NCBI GenBank assembly: GCA_030141605.1
Contig: JAQGDQ010000040.1
Location: forward strand, 848,721-912,720
Source: Tubiluchus corallicola
Taxonomy: Eukaryota; Animalia; Priapulida
Length of the DNA: 64,000 bases
Reading direction: 5' to 3'
Shown here in pieces: positions 51,859 to 60,232 of this stretch. Every line of letters starts with the position of its first letter. The first letter of the stretch is position 1. Both the position numbers and the translations under genes were made by a program. The notes under the pieces were generated by a model. The model was given only the letters and a program-made list of their open reading frames with translations. It ran no database searches and had not been told where the DNA came from.

Positions 51859-52653
51859 ATGAGATACGGAGTTTCCTGTATTAGTGTTGTTCCAGTGCGT
51901 GCCACTCCTGATGAGAAGGGGGAGATGTGTACGCAGATACTATTTGGTGAGAAGTATAGGGTTATAGAGGAGGCGGGATTGTGGGGCAGAGTGAGACTTG
52001 ATCTTGATGGTTATGAGGGGTGGGTAGATAAAAAAATGCTTAATGTGGTGGGAGAGAGGGAGTATAGTGGTGTTGAGGATAGTAATAGTGTTGTTACCAC
52101 GGAGATGTTTAGTACAGTAAGGCCTGTAAACGGAGACAGGGGTTTCCCTGTTGTGGCAGGAAGTACTTTACCGCACTATGATGTCGTAGATAGGGTATTC
52201 AGGATAGGGGCAGATGTTTACAGTTTAGAGGGGGATGGCGGAGTGGAGAGGTCAGGCAAGAAGGGTGCTGAGTCAGTTATTGGTAATGCTGCAAAGTATT
52301 ACAATGCTCCTTATTTGTGGGGAGGGAGGTCTCCTGTTGGCATTGATTGTTCCGGTCTTACGCAGATTTTGTATAAGATGGCTGGTGTATCACTACCAAG
52401 AGATGCGTCCCAGCAGGTTGTAACGGGTGAGCGCGTAGAGTTTGTAGGGGATGCTCTTCCTGGTGATCTGGCTTTTTTTAGTAATGACAAGGGGGAGATT
52501 GTCCATGTTGGCATTATGCGAGATAAAGACAGTATTATTCATTCATCGGGGAGAGTACGGGTTGACAGAGTGAGCCAGCGTGGTATTATAGATGTTAATA
52601 CAGGGGAGTATACTCATAAGATGAGTGAGGTGCGCAGGGTGTTATTGTCGTGA
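51859..52653 (+). CDS. NlpC/P60 (C40) peptidase with SH3b domain
   Basis: PYLWGGRS..GIDCSGL, HVGI; N-terminal TQILFGE...DGYEGWV. Confidence 0.92.
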   Translation: MRYGVSCISVVPVRATPDEKGEMCTQILFGEKYRVIEEAGLWGRVRLDLDGYEGWVDKKMLNVVGEREYSGVEDSNSVVTTEMFSTVRPVNGDRGFPVVAGSTLPHYDVVDRVFRIGADVYSLEGDGGVERSGKKGAESVIGNAAKYYNAPYLWGGRSPVGIDCSGLTQILYKMAGVSLPRDASQQVVTGERVEFVGDALPGDLAFFSNDKGEIVHVGIMRDKDSIIHSSGRVRVDRVSQRGIIDVNTGEYTHKMSEVRRVLLS

Positions 52654-52715
52654 TACATAGGTTTTTAGAGTTTTTATGTGGTTTGTGACTAAATGCAATA
52701 AAAATTATTTTACTA

Positions 52716-54095
52716 ATGAAAAAATTACATTTACTGATTGTTATTTCTGTTTTTTCGGTGTCTTGCTTTGCGAGTGACGGAGGTTGGGTTAGTTTGTTTA
52801 ATGGAAAGAATTTGAAGGGGTGGAAGCGCTTGAACGGGGATGCTGAGTTTGTTGTTAAAGATGGTGAGCTTGTGGGTATTAGCAAGACGGGTACGCCCAA
52901 TACGTTTCTTGCTACCAAGAAGGTGTATGGCGATTTTATCCTTGAGTATGAGATGATAATGGAGGAGGGCCTTAATTCGGGCGTTCAGATCCGTAGCTTA
53001 AGTAAGAAGGATTATAATAATGGCCTGGTGCATGGTTACCAGGTTGAGTGTGATGATTCTGAGCGAGCATGGACGGCCGGTATTTATGATGAAGGGCGCC
53101 GAGGGTGGCTCTATCCTCTTGAGTATAATCGTGATGCAAAGAAGGTGTATAAGCGTGGGGAGTGGAACAGTTTTAGGGTTGAGGCTGTTGGGAATTCGAT
53201 ACGCACATGGATGAATGGTATTCCCTGCGCAAATCTTGTTGATGATATGACAGCAGAGGGGTTTATTGCCCTTCAGGTTCATGGTATTGGCAAGAATGAA
53301 GAGAAGTCTGGTAGAACTATCCGTTGGAGAAATATACGTATTAAGACTGATAACCTGGAAGGTAGCAGGAGGGTTATGGACAGCGGAGTGAGAGAGGTTA
53401 GTTATCTTAATAATACATTAACGGAGAGAGAGAGGAGGGATGGCTGGAAGTTGCTATGGGATGGTAAAACGACAGATGGGTGGCGTAAAGTATCTTCTGA
53501 AGATTTTCCCGACAAGGGGTGGGCATTAGAGGACGGGGTGTTGGTTGTTAATCCTACGGAGCTGAAAGAGGAGCGCGGTGGGGATATAGTTACAAGGAGA
53601 AAGTACAAGAGTTTTATCCTGGAGTTTGATTTTAAGTTCACTAAAGGCGCAAATAGCGGCATTAAGTATTTTGTACAGGCAGATCTTGACGAGGGGGGTA
53701 TACGTTCGGGTATTGGCTGTGAGTATCAGGTTATTGATGATAAGAATCATTCCGATGCTTCTAAAGGGAAGATAGCAGGTTTACGTTCGGCGGCATCTGT
53801 GTATGATTTGATCCCTCCAGATGGCAGCTTTTTTGATAAGCATCTGAAGGTAAAGAGGTTGAGAGGTGGATGGAATCGTGGGAGGGTTGAGGTTCGCGGA
53901 TCTGTCGTAATGCATTTTCTTAATGGTATAAAGGTTGTTGAGTATGACCGCAGTACGCAGATGTGGAAAGCACTGGTAGCACATAGCAAGTTTAAAGATT
54001 TTGAAGGTTTTGGCGAGTTTGAAGAGGGACGAATACTGATACAGGATCATAGTGACAAGGTTTTTTATAAAAATATAAAGATCAAAGAGCTTTAG
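52716..54095 (+). CDS. Tandem DUF1080 (3-keto-disaccharide hydrolase-like) protein
   Basis: LFNGKNLKGW, NSGVQIRS, GFIALQVH; second domain ANSGIKY, ILIQDH. Confidence 0.88.
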   Translation: MKKLHLLIVISVFSVSCFASDGGWVSLFNGKNLKGWKRLNGDAEFVVKDGELVGISKTGTPNTFLATKKVYGDFILEYEMIMEEGLNSGVQIRSLSKKDYNNGLVHGYQVECDDSERAWTAGIYDEGRRGWLYPLEYNRDAKKVYKRGEWNSFRVEAVGNSIRTWMNGIPCANLVDDMTAEGFIALQVHGIGKNEEKSGRTIRWRNIRIKTDNLEGSRRVMDSGVREVSYLNNTLTERERRDGWKLLWDGKTTDGWRKVSSEDFPDKGWALEDGVLVVNPTELKEERGGDIVTRRKYKSFILEFDFKFTKGANSGIKYFVQADLDEGGIRSGIGCEYQVIDDKNHSDASKGKIAGLRSAASVYDLIPPDGSFFDKHLKVKRLRGGWNRGRVEVRGSVVMHFLNGIKVVEYDRSTQMWKALVAHSKFKDFEGFGEFEEGRILIQDHSDKVFYKNIKIKEL

Positions 54096-54160
54096 TTTGC
54101 CGGAGGTGTGTTTTTTTGGATGTTATCCAGGTAGACAGAAGATATGCTTAGTGTTTATAA

Positions 54161-54282
54161 GATGTCTTTGCAAGGTCCATTTTTTTTTTATTTCTGTCAA
54201 AGCTCTTTTTTATATCGGTAAGCTGTGGGTTTTTATCGAGTTTTTTAATCTGAAGTAAGTTTTTTCATTTTGCAAAGGCTTT
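54161..54282 (-). repeat. MITE-like dispersed repeat, copy 4
   Basis: Reverse complement AAGCCTTTGCAAAATGAAAAAACTT...AACTCGATAAAAACCCACAGCTTA...CTTTGACAG...CCTTGCAAAGAC. Confidence 0.65.
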
Positions 54283-54351
54283 GATAAGTGTGTTTTATAT
54301 GTGTTTTTGCGCCTGAGTAGTAAGAGGTGTGATACAGTTTGTGTGTGTAAG

Positions 54352-54894
54352 ATGGTTTACGTTATAACTGGCGGTCCCGGGTTTGGAAAGACCACGATAG
54401 TTAATCGTTTGGCAGAGATTGGGTTTCTCACGGGAGATGAGGTTGCCAGGAGTGTTATTGGCAAGCAGGAGGGAGGTAGCGGGGATGATGTTTTTTGGGA
54501 CGGTGTGGCTGGGCTTCAGGGTTTAGTTCTATCGGCCCGAGTCAGTTTTTTAAAGTCTATTCCATTTGGGACGGTAGCTTTCTCAGACCGGGGAGTACCC
54601 GATCAAGTTGCGTTTTCAAATTATAAGGGTAAAGTTGTTGATCCTGTCCTTATGGAGGCTTGTAAGAAAAATCGGTATGCGGGGAGGGTATTTATTACTC
54701 CTCCATGGAGTGAGATATATCAGGTTGACCTGATAAGGAGAGAGTCTTTTGAGGAGGCCTGCAAGATACATAGTTGTATCGTTAGCACCTATCAGTCATT
54801 AGGTTATACGCTTGTATCTCTGCCGCTTTTAAGTGTTGCCGAGCGGGTAAAGTTTATTATGAGCGAGATTGGAGTTGAGCGTAAATCCCCGTAG
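54352..54894 (+). CDS. AAA_28/NadR-like P-loop ATPase
   Basis: ITGGPGFGKTT, DRGVPD, PPW.EIY..D..R.ESFEEA. Confidence 0.85.
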   Translation: MVYVITGGPGFGKTTIVNRLAEIGFLTGDEVARSVIGKQEGGSGDDVFWDGVAGLQGLVLSARVSFLKSIPFGTVAFSDRGVPDQVAFSNYKGKVVDPVLMEACKKNRYAGRVFITPPWSEIYQVDLIRRESFEEACKIHSCIVSTYQSLGYTLVSLPLLSVAERVKFIMSEIGVERKSP

Positions 54895-54913
54895 GGGTGA
54901 TATTGGTGGTTTT

Positions 54914-56038
54914 CTATGAGGATGTTTTTACGTTGCCTGTAACGCGCAGTACTGTTACTGGCTGCCTGGGGTCATTGGTTATTACAGTTATAGATTTGTT
55001 TTGCCTCCCTTTTTTACCACGCGAGTTGAATACTACTTTTAGGTCGGTATTTTCTCCACTTTTTATCACAGTTGTTGTCTGTGTATTAGTGACTATACAT
55101 CCACATGATGTTCGTATGCGCCGTATAATTAAGTCGTTTTCGCCTTTATTGATAATGTTAAAGGTGTGTTCAATTTTCTCGCCTTCAGTTATTTCACCAA
55201 AGTTAAAAACCCTGTTATCGAAGCCTAGCCTTGGTGATAAGGCAAGTTCTTCCGGGGTGAGTTTTGAAAAGTCCTCGACAATAGTTGCGCTTAATCCTAT
55301 AGAGTGGCTATGGTTATAGGTGTCAGAGTCATTGAATGTAAAGTAGATTCTGTCTGTTACAAATCCGTACGAGTTTTTTTGGGAGGCATCGTAAGTTACT
55401 ATGATTTGTCCTTTCCCGTTCGGCTGAATGCTTTCAGGTTTAACTTTAACTGTTACATGGGGAGGTTTTTTCCGAATACTGACAGTGACCGGTTTTTTCT
55501 CAAAGTTAAATATTTCCAGGCTATCGGTTTTAATTTCATTATTTTTTATTCTTGCGAAGGAGAGGTGGTTGGTTTTTATATTTATTTCCCCTACTCTTTT
55601 GCTGTATATTTCTTTTGGTGATTTTTCCCGGGGAATAACTTCTCCCAGTATTCTTAATGCAGATGATTTACTACAGTTGGAGTAAACCCTGATTATTTTT
55701 GTAAAGCTTCCCGGCCTGTTTTTGGGGTTGAATTCAACATTAATAGCTCCTTTTTTCCCAGGTAGTATTGGTTTGTCTGGCCAGTTAGGGGTGGTGCATC
55801 CACAGGATGCTTTTACGTCTGAGATAATTAATGGTGATTTTCCTGTATTTTTAAATTTGAAGCTGTAAGATACTTTGCCGTCATCTTCTTTTATTGTTCC
55901 AAAGTCATAGTCACTTATTTCGAATTCCATTTTTGGCTCTGCTTGTGCCGTGGTATATTTAAAACCAGTAAGCATAAATGATATCGTTAATAAGATATTG
56001 ATAAGATGCCTCATAGTTATTAAATCAAGATGTTTCAT
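54914..56038 (-). CDS. DUF1573 domain-containing protein (repeated Ig-like domains)
   Basis: YDFGTIKE...VKASCGCT; second FNFGEI...RTSCGCI. Confidence 0.9.
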   Translation of the reverse strand: MKHLDLITMRHLINILLTISFMLTGFKYTTAQAEPKMEFEISDYDFGTIKEDDGKVSYSFKFKNTGKSPLIISDVKASCGCTTPNWPDKPILPGKKGAINVEFNPKNRPGSFTKIIRVYSNCSKSSALRILGEVIPREKSPKEIYSKRVGEINIKTNHLSFARIKNNEIKTDSLEIFNFEKKPVTVSIRKKPPHVTVKVKPESIQPNGKGQIIVTYDASQKNSYGFVTDRIYFTFNDSDTYNHSHSIGLSATIVEDFSKLTPEELALSPRLGFDNRVFNFGEITEGEKIEHTFNIINKGENDLIIRRIRTSCGCIVTNTQTTTVIKSGENTDLKVVFNSRGKKGRQNKSITVITNDPRQPVTVLRVTGNVKTSS

Positions 56039-56148
56039 AGCTATTACAATATTTAGTTTTACTTAAAAAACCCGGCAACAAAGTTAATAATAAAAATAGT
56101 AATGGAATTAGGATTAATTTTGTGTTTTTGCAGGAAAGTCTATTGACA

Positions 56149-56260
56149 GGGTACTTTGTAAAATATTAATATTTTCGCCAAAGTCCTCATCTATTGTTGA
56201 TAAGGAGTAGTTTTATTGGGTTTTTCAATTTAAGCTAAAGTGTTTTGTTTTGCAAAGGCG
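56149..56260 (-). repeat. MITE-like dispersed repeat, copy 5
   Basis: Reverse complement GCCTTTGCAAAAC...AAAACTAC...ATGAGGACTTTGGCGAAAAT...TTTACAAAGTAC. Confidence 0.55.
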
Positions 56261-56447
56261 TGCTTTAGATAAAGAGCAATAAGTGGGTTGAGCAAAAAGC
56301 TAATGACAAAGATTGATTTAAGTCTATCAATCCAGCTAAGAGATCAGAAGGAGCTTTCTCATTTTGGCTGCTTGCTGGATGCAAGTAGTGAGCTGGTTTC
56401 TGTTCTTATCTTATGGATGCCAATACCACAAGGTTTTAATTTTTAAG

Positions 56448-56521
56448 AGCCGAATGTCAGATTCGAACTGACGACCCCGAGATTACAAATCACGTGCTCT
56501 GACCAACTGAGCTAATTCGGC
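56448..56521 (-). tRNA. tRNA-Thr (TGT)
   Basis: GCCGAATTAGCTCAGTTGG...CGTGA-TTTGTAA-TCTCG...GTTCGAATC...ATTCGGCT; one T-T mismatch in the anticodon stem. Confidence 0.93.
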
Positions 56522-56525
56522 AAAT

Positions 56526-56624
56526 GGGTAAGCTACCTTCATCGCGTCGCTACAACCACCTACCCTTGCTGCCTTCCGACCCTGGGGGAGTTCAGCGGGA
56601 GCTGACCGTGCAGGACTTACCCGG
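56526..56624 (-). ncRNA. ffs: Signal recognition particle RNA (small type)
   Basis: Reverse complement is a long hairpin GGGTAAG...CTTACCC with the SRP loop CAGGGTCGGAAGGCAGCA; TATTTTTG -7 box just upstream on - strand. Confidence 0.88.
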
Positions 56625-56763
56625 TGCAAAAATAGAAAAAAATCAAGGTCTGACAAATATTCTTTGATAATTTAAACCTGTCGGTGTTGTTTTACAGCTT
56701 TGTATGTGATACTAAATAATTGTTGTTATTTTTGTCTTTCTTGTACAGGAGTTTAAATGTGTT

Positions 56764-57705
56764 ATGGTCAGCCGTAGAATTATCAGGACAAAAATATTGC
56801 ATATTCTGTATGCACACTACTCTGCAGAGGGAAAGACACTTAAGCAGTCGGAAGCGGAGTTGAATCTTAGCATAAAAAAGACTCATGAGCTTTACCTTCT
56901 ACTGTTTATGCTGCTGATTGGTGTTCGCGATTTTGCAGCGAGAAAGATTGAAGCAGGGAGGCGCAAAAATATTCCTACAGAGAGTGATCTTAATCCTAAT
57001 ACAAGGTTTATAGACAACAGGCTTATTACTCTACTTGAAAATAGTGAGATGTTTTCTTCTCCTTCTAAGCTGGGCGGAGTATCGTGGGCGAATCATAAGA
57101 GTGTGATACGCAGAGTTTATAATTCCCTTACGGGGAAGGATTTTTTTAAGGATTATATGAGTGCGCAGGATAATGATTATCTTGCTGACAAGGAGTTGTG
57201 CGAGCTTTTTTTTATAGAGTTTCTTGTAGAGGATGAGCTTTTTTTTAGTGAGCTTGAGGAGCAGAGTATTTATTGGAATGATGATCTCAATTTTGCTGTG
57301 CTAATGGTACTCAAGACATTGAAAAGAGTTGAGCAGGGTGATTCTGATATTTCTTTTTTTGCGCCATATAAGGATGAGGAGGATGAGAGGTTTACAGTTA
57401 ATCTGTTGAGAAAGGTGATTTTGAAGCATGGCGAGAACAGGGATATTGTGGAGTCGTATACCAAGAATTGGGATGTGGATCGTGTTGCATTGATGGATAT
57501 TCTTATTATGGAGCTTGCTATCACTGAGTTGACAGAGTTTCCTTCTATTCCGATAAAGGTAACATTGAACGAGTATATAGAGTTGGCAAAATATTATAGT
57601 ACAAGCCGAAGCAGTAATTTTATAAATGGCATATTAGACAGGGTTAGCAGGGATTTTAAAGAGAGTGGCAAGATTACTAAAAGGGGGAGGGGGCTGTGCG
57701 AGTAA
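56764..57705 (+). CDS. nusB: Transcription antitermination factor NusB (long Bacteroidota form)
   Basis: SRRIIRTK...; NWDVDRVA.MD, IPIKVTLNEYIELAK.YS, FINGILD. Confidence 0.95.
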   Translation: MVSRRIIRTKILHILYAHYSAEGKTLKQSEAELNLSIKKTHELYLLLFMLLIGVRDFAARKIEAGRRKNIPTESDLNPNTRFIDNRLITLLENSEMFSSPSKLGGVSWANHKSVIRRVYNSLTGKDFFKDYMSAQDNDYLADKELCELFFIEFLVEDELFFSELEEQSIYWNDDLNFAVLMVLKTLKRVEQGDSDISFFAPYKDEEDERFTVNLLRKVILKHGENRDIVESYTKNWDVDRVALMDILIMELAITELTEFPSIPIKVTLNEYIELAKYYSTSRSSNFINGILDRVSRDFKESGKITKRGRGLCE

Positions 57706-57888
57706 AAGCGCAGTGTGTAAATGTCTTATTTAGTGGCACTTGAGTTTGAGTATGGTTTGGGTTTGAGTTTGGCATGGAAATTCTATAATTTTGACAGTTG
57801 AAGCTGGCAGGCAGATACAGGATATAAAGGTTGAGCTTATTGACTGTACTGATTAGATGATGAGAAATTTTAATAAAAATAGATAATA

Positions 57889-58200
57889 ATGAACAATTTA
57901 CTTTTTGTATTACTAAGTCAGTCAGGATCACTTACGACATTCCTCCCATTAATCCTTATTATGGTGGTGTTTTACTTATTTATGATAAGGCCTCAAATGA
58001 AGAAGCAGAAAGAGCTCCAGAGGTTCAGGTCAGCTCTTCAGAAGGGGAATAAGGTGGTTACTACCGGTGGAATTTATGGCAAGATAAGCAGTATTAAAGA
58101 CAATATTATTTTTTTGGAGGTTGCTCCTGATATAAAGTTAAAGGTTGATAAAAGTGTGGTGTTAAGAGACATATCAGATGTTACCTCTGCGCGGAAATAG
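57889..58200 (+). CDS. yajC: Preprotein translocase subunit YajC
   Basis: FYLFMIRPQMKKQK, KVVTTGGIYG. Confidence 0.96.
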   Translation: MNNLLFVLLSQSGSLTTFLPLILIMVVFYLFMIRPQMKKQKELQRFRSALQKGNKVVTTGGIYGKISSIKDNIIFLEVAPDIKLKVDKSVVLRDISDVTSARK

Positions 58201-58248
58201 TTATGAGGGTGGTGCATACCTGTTTTCTTAATTACGCTTTTTATTATC

Positions 58249-59265
58249 TTGAATAAAAAAATCATATTACAGATAATCACTTTTTTAAAGAGTGGTAAGG
58301 CTTTTCGGAGGGATGAAAAGCAGGTGATTTTTTTAGTTTGTATTCTTATATCTTCTTTTTTTTGGATACTTAATACTTTTAGTAAAAACTATACAACCCA
58401 TATTTCTCTTCCGGTAAAGTATGTTAACCAACCGGAGGACAAGAAAATATCCAAGGATCTACCCGGACAACTGGATTTTACTATTAATGCCTATGGGTTT
58501 ACTATTTTAAGGTATAAGTTGAAGATGCTGGTTTCTCCCATTATTATTAATGTGAGTGATATTGTGAAGGAGAGGGTAGGAGGTGAGAAGGAGCTTAGGT
58601 ATGTTATAGCAACAAATGATTCCCGTAGTAGAATTAGCAGTCAGGTTAGCAGTAGTTTAGTTGATGTTCTAAGTGTTGAGCCAGATTCAATAGAGTTTGT
58701 TTTTGATGCGGTGGTGAGGAAGAAGGTTCCTGTTAAGCAAGTTACTGATGTCTCATTTGGGAAGTTGTATGTTCTTCAGCACAATATTTATACAACGCCT
58801 GATTCTGTGGTTGCGGAGGGTCCTTCTGCTATTATAGATACCCTTAGGTTTGTAGCGACACGTAGTCGTTCTTTCAAAAATCTGTCCTCTTCTGTAAAGC
58901 GCAATGTAGCGTTGGAGCCTGTATATGGGGTAAAACTGCTTCCCTCCAAGGTGGCGTTAAGTATTCCTGTGGAACAGTATACAGAGACGAGTTTCGATGT
59001 TGTGGTGTTTGTCAAGAATGTTCCTGATAGTTTATCAGTAAAGCTTTTCCCCAGGATAGTGAAGATATCGTGTCAGGTAGGGTTGAGCCATTTTGACAAC
59101 ATAGATTCTAGTAATTTCACTGTTGCCACAGATTTTAATGATATAATGAAGGGAGAGCCCAGAGTCTCGGTAAGTTTGACAAAGTACCCAGAGAGTGTTT
59201 TTTCTGTAAAGTACTATCCTCAGCAGGTTGAGTATCTAGTTGAGAAAAGGACTTTTCTTCAATGA
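58249..59265 (+). CDS. YbbR/CdaR-like domain protein
   Basis: TM FLVCILISSFFW.L..., KKVPV, P..V...GP pattern; usual yajC-ybbR-coaE context. Confidence 0.75.
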   Translation: MNKKIILQIITFLKSGKAFRRDEKQVIFLVCILISSFFWILNTFSKNYTTHISLPVKYVNQPEDKKISKDLPGQLDFTINAYGFTILRYKLKMLVSPIIINVSDIVKERVGGEKELRYVIATNDSRSRISSQVSSSLVDVLSVEPDSIEFVFDAVVRKKVPVKQVTDVSFGKLYVLQHNIYTTPDSVVAEGPSAIIDTLRFVATRSRSFKNLSSSVKRNVALEPVYGVKLLPSKVALSIPVEQYTETSFDVVVFVKNVPDSLSVKLFPRIVKISCQVGLSHFDNIDSSNFTVATDFNDIMKGEPRVSVSLTKYPESVFSVKYYPQQVEYLVEKRTFLQ

Positions 59266-59858
59266 TCAGGGTTGGCATAACGGGAGGTATTGGTAGCGGT
59301 AAGTCTACAGTGTGTCGGATTTTTAGTGTATTGGGTGTGCCTATCTATAAGGCTGATATAGAGGCGCGTAAGCTACAGGATAGTGATCCGGATATAAAAT
59401 CTGGGCTAACAAGTATTTTTGGAGATAGTATCTATTTTCGGAGTGGCTGTCTGGACAGGAAAAAGCTTGCAGGTATTGTGTTTGAAGACAGGGATCTTTT
59501 GAAAGCGGTAAATAGTTTGGTACATCCTAAGGTGCAGGCACATTTTGGTGAGTGGGAGAAGGTGTATTCCTTTCATAGTTATATAGTGTATGAGGCCGCC
59601 ATCTTATTTGAAAGCGGTATATATAAAGAGATGGATAAGGTATTGCTGGTATGTGCTCCCGAGCATTTAAGGGTGGAGAGGGTTGTTATGCGAGATAGGA
59701 TGCCAGCCTGGCAAGTTGTCAATCGCATGAGGAATCAGATGACAGATGAAGAGAAAAGGGAGCTAGCAGATATTGTTGTTGAGAATGATAATAAGAGACT
59801 GATAGTTCCCCGTGTTGTTGATCTTGATAAAAGGTTGAAGGCAGGGGAGCTGTTATGA
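59262..59858 (+). CDS. coaE: Dephospho-CoA kinase
   Basis: GITGGIGSGKSTV, LVHPKV, EAAILFESG. Confidence 0.97.
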   Translation: MIRVGITGGIGSGKSTVCRIFSVLGVPIYKADIEARKLQDSDPDIKSGLTSIFGDSIYFRSGCLDRKKLAGIVFEDRDLLKAVNSLVHPKVQAHFGEWEKVYSFHSYIVYEAAILFESGIYKEMDKVLLVCAPEHLRVERVVMRDRMPAWQVVNRMRNQMTDEEKRELADIVVENDNKRLIVPRVVDLDKRLKAGELL

Positions 59859-59900
59859 GTGTAGGATTTTATAAAGGGGCATAAGTGTGAGGTGGGGTTT

Positions 59901-60080
59901 TTATATCTGTTTATCTGTGCACCCGTTGTCGGGATTAGTTATCGGGCATTCTGGGCATTCGTTTTTACATTTGCTGTCAGTTTTATTTTTTTTGAGTAGC
60001 GACGACATTCTTTTCCATATTTTGAACAGAGCAAAGAGAAAAGATATTCCAAGAATTGTATAGACTATTATTTCCTGCAT
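59901..60080 (-). CDS. FeoB-associated Cys-rich membrane protein
   Basis: MQEIIVYTILG... TM helix then C..C.EC.ECP-like Cys cluster (KCKNECPECP); downstream of feoB. Confidence 0.8.
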   Translation of the reverse strand: MQEIIVYTILGISFLFALFKIWKRMSSLLKKNKTDSKCKNECPECPITNPDNGCTDKQI

Positions 60081-60109
60081 CAGCTTTCTTTTTTTGAGAT
60101 TTATTAGTT

Positions 60110-60225
60110 GAGGCTTTTGCAAGACTCATTTTTTGTGCTTTTGTCAAAACCTCATTAATAAACTGTAGTTCTTCATCGAGTTTTCCTTCAAGTTGATCCA
60201 AGTTCTTTCATTTAGCAGAGGCTTC
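60110..60225 (-). repeat. MITE-like dispersed repeat, copy 6 (between feoB and its Cys-rich partner)
   Basis: Reverse complement GAAGCCTCTGCTAAATGAAAGAACTT...AACTCGATGAAGAACTACAGTTTATT...GTTTTGACAAAAG...CTTGCAAAAGCCTC. Confidence 0.65.
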
Positions 60226-60232
60226 TAGTTGG

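Noticed and set aside
57739-57775. TTTGAG/TTTGGG hexamer run between nusB and yajC
   Set aside because: Short, degenerate and consistent with the local G/T bias
59983-60201. 72-aa - strand ORF
   Set aside because: Starts within MITE-like copy 6 and overlaps the FeoB-associated gene out of frame
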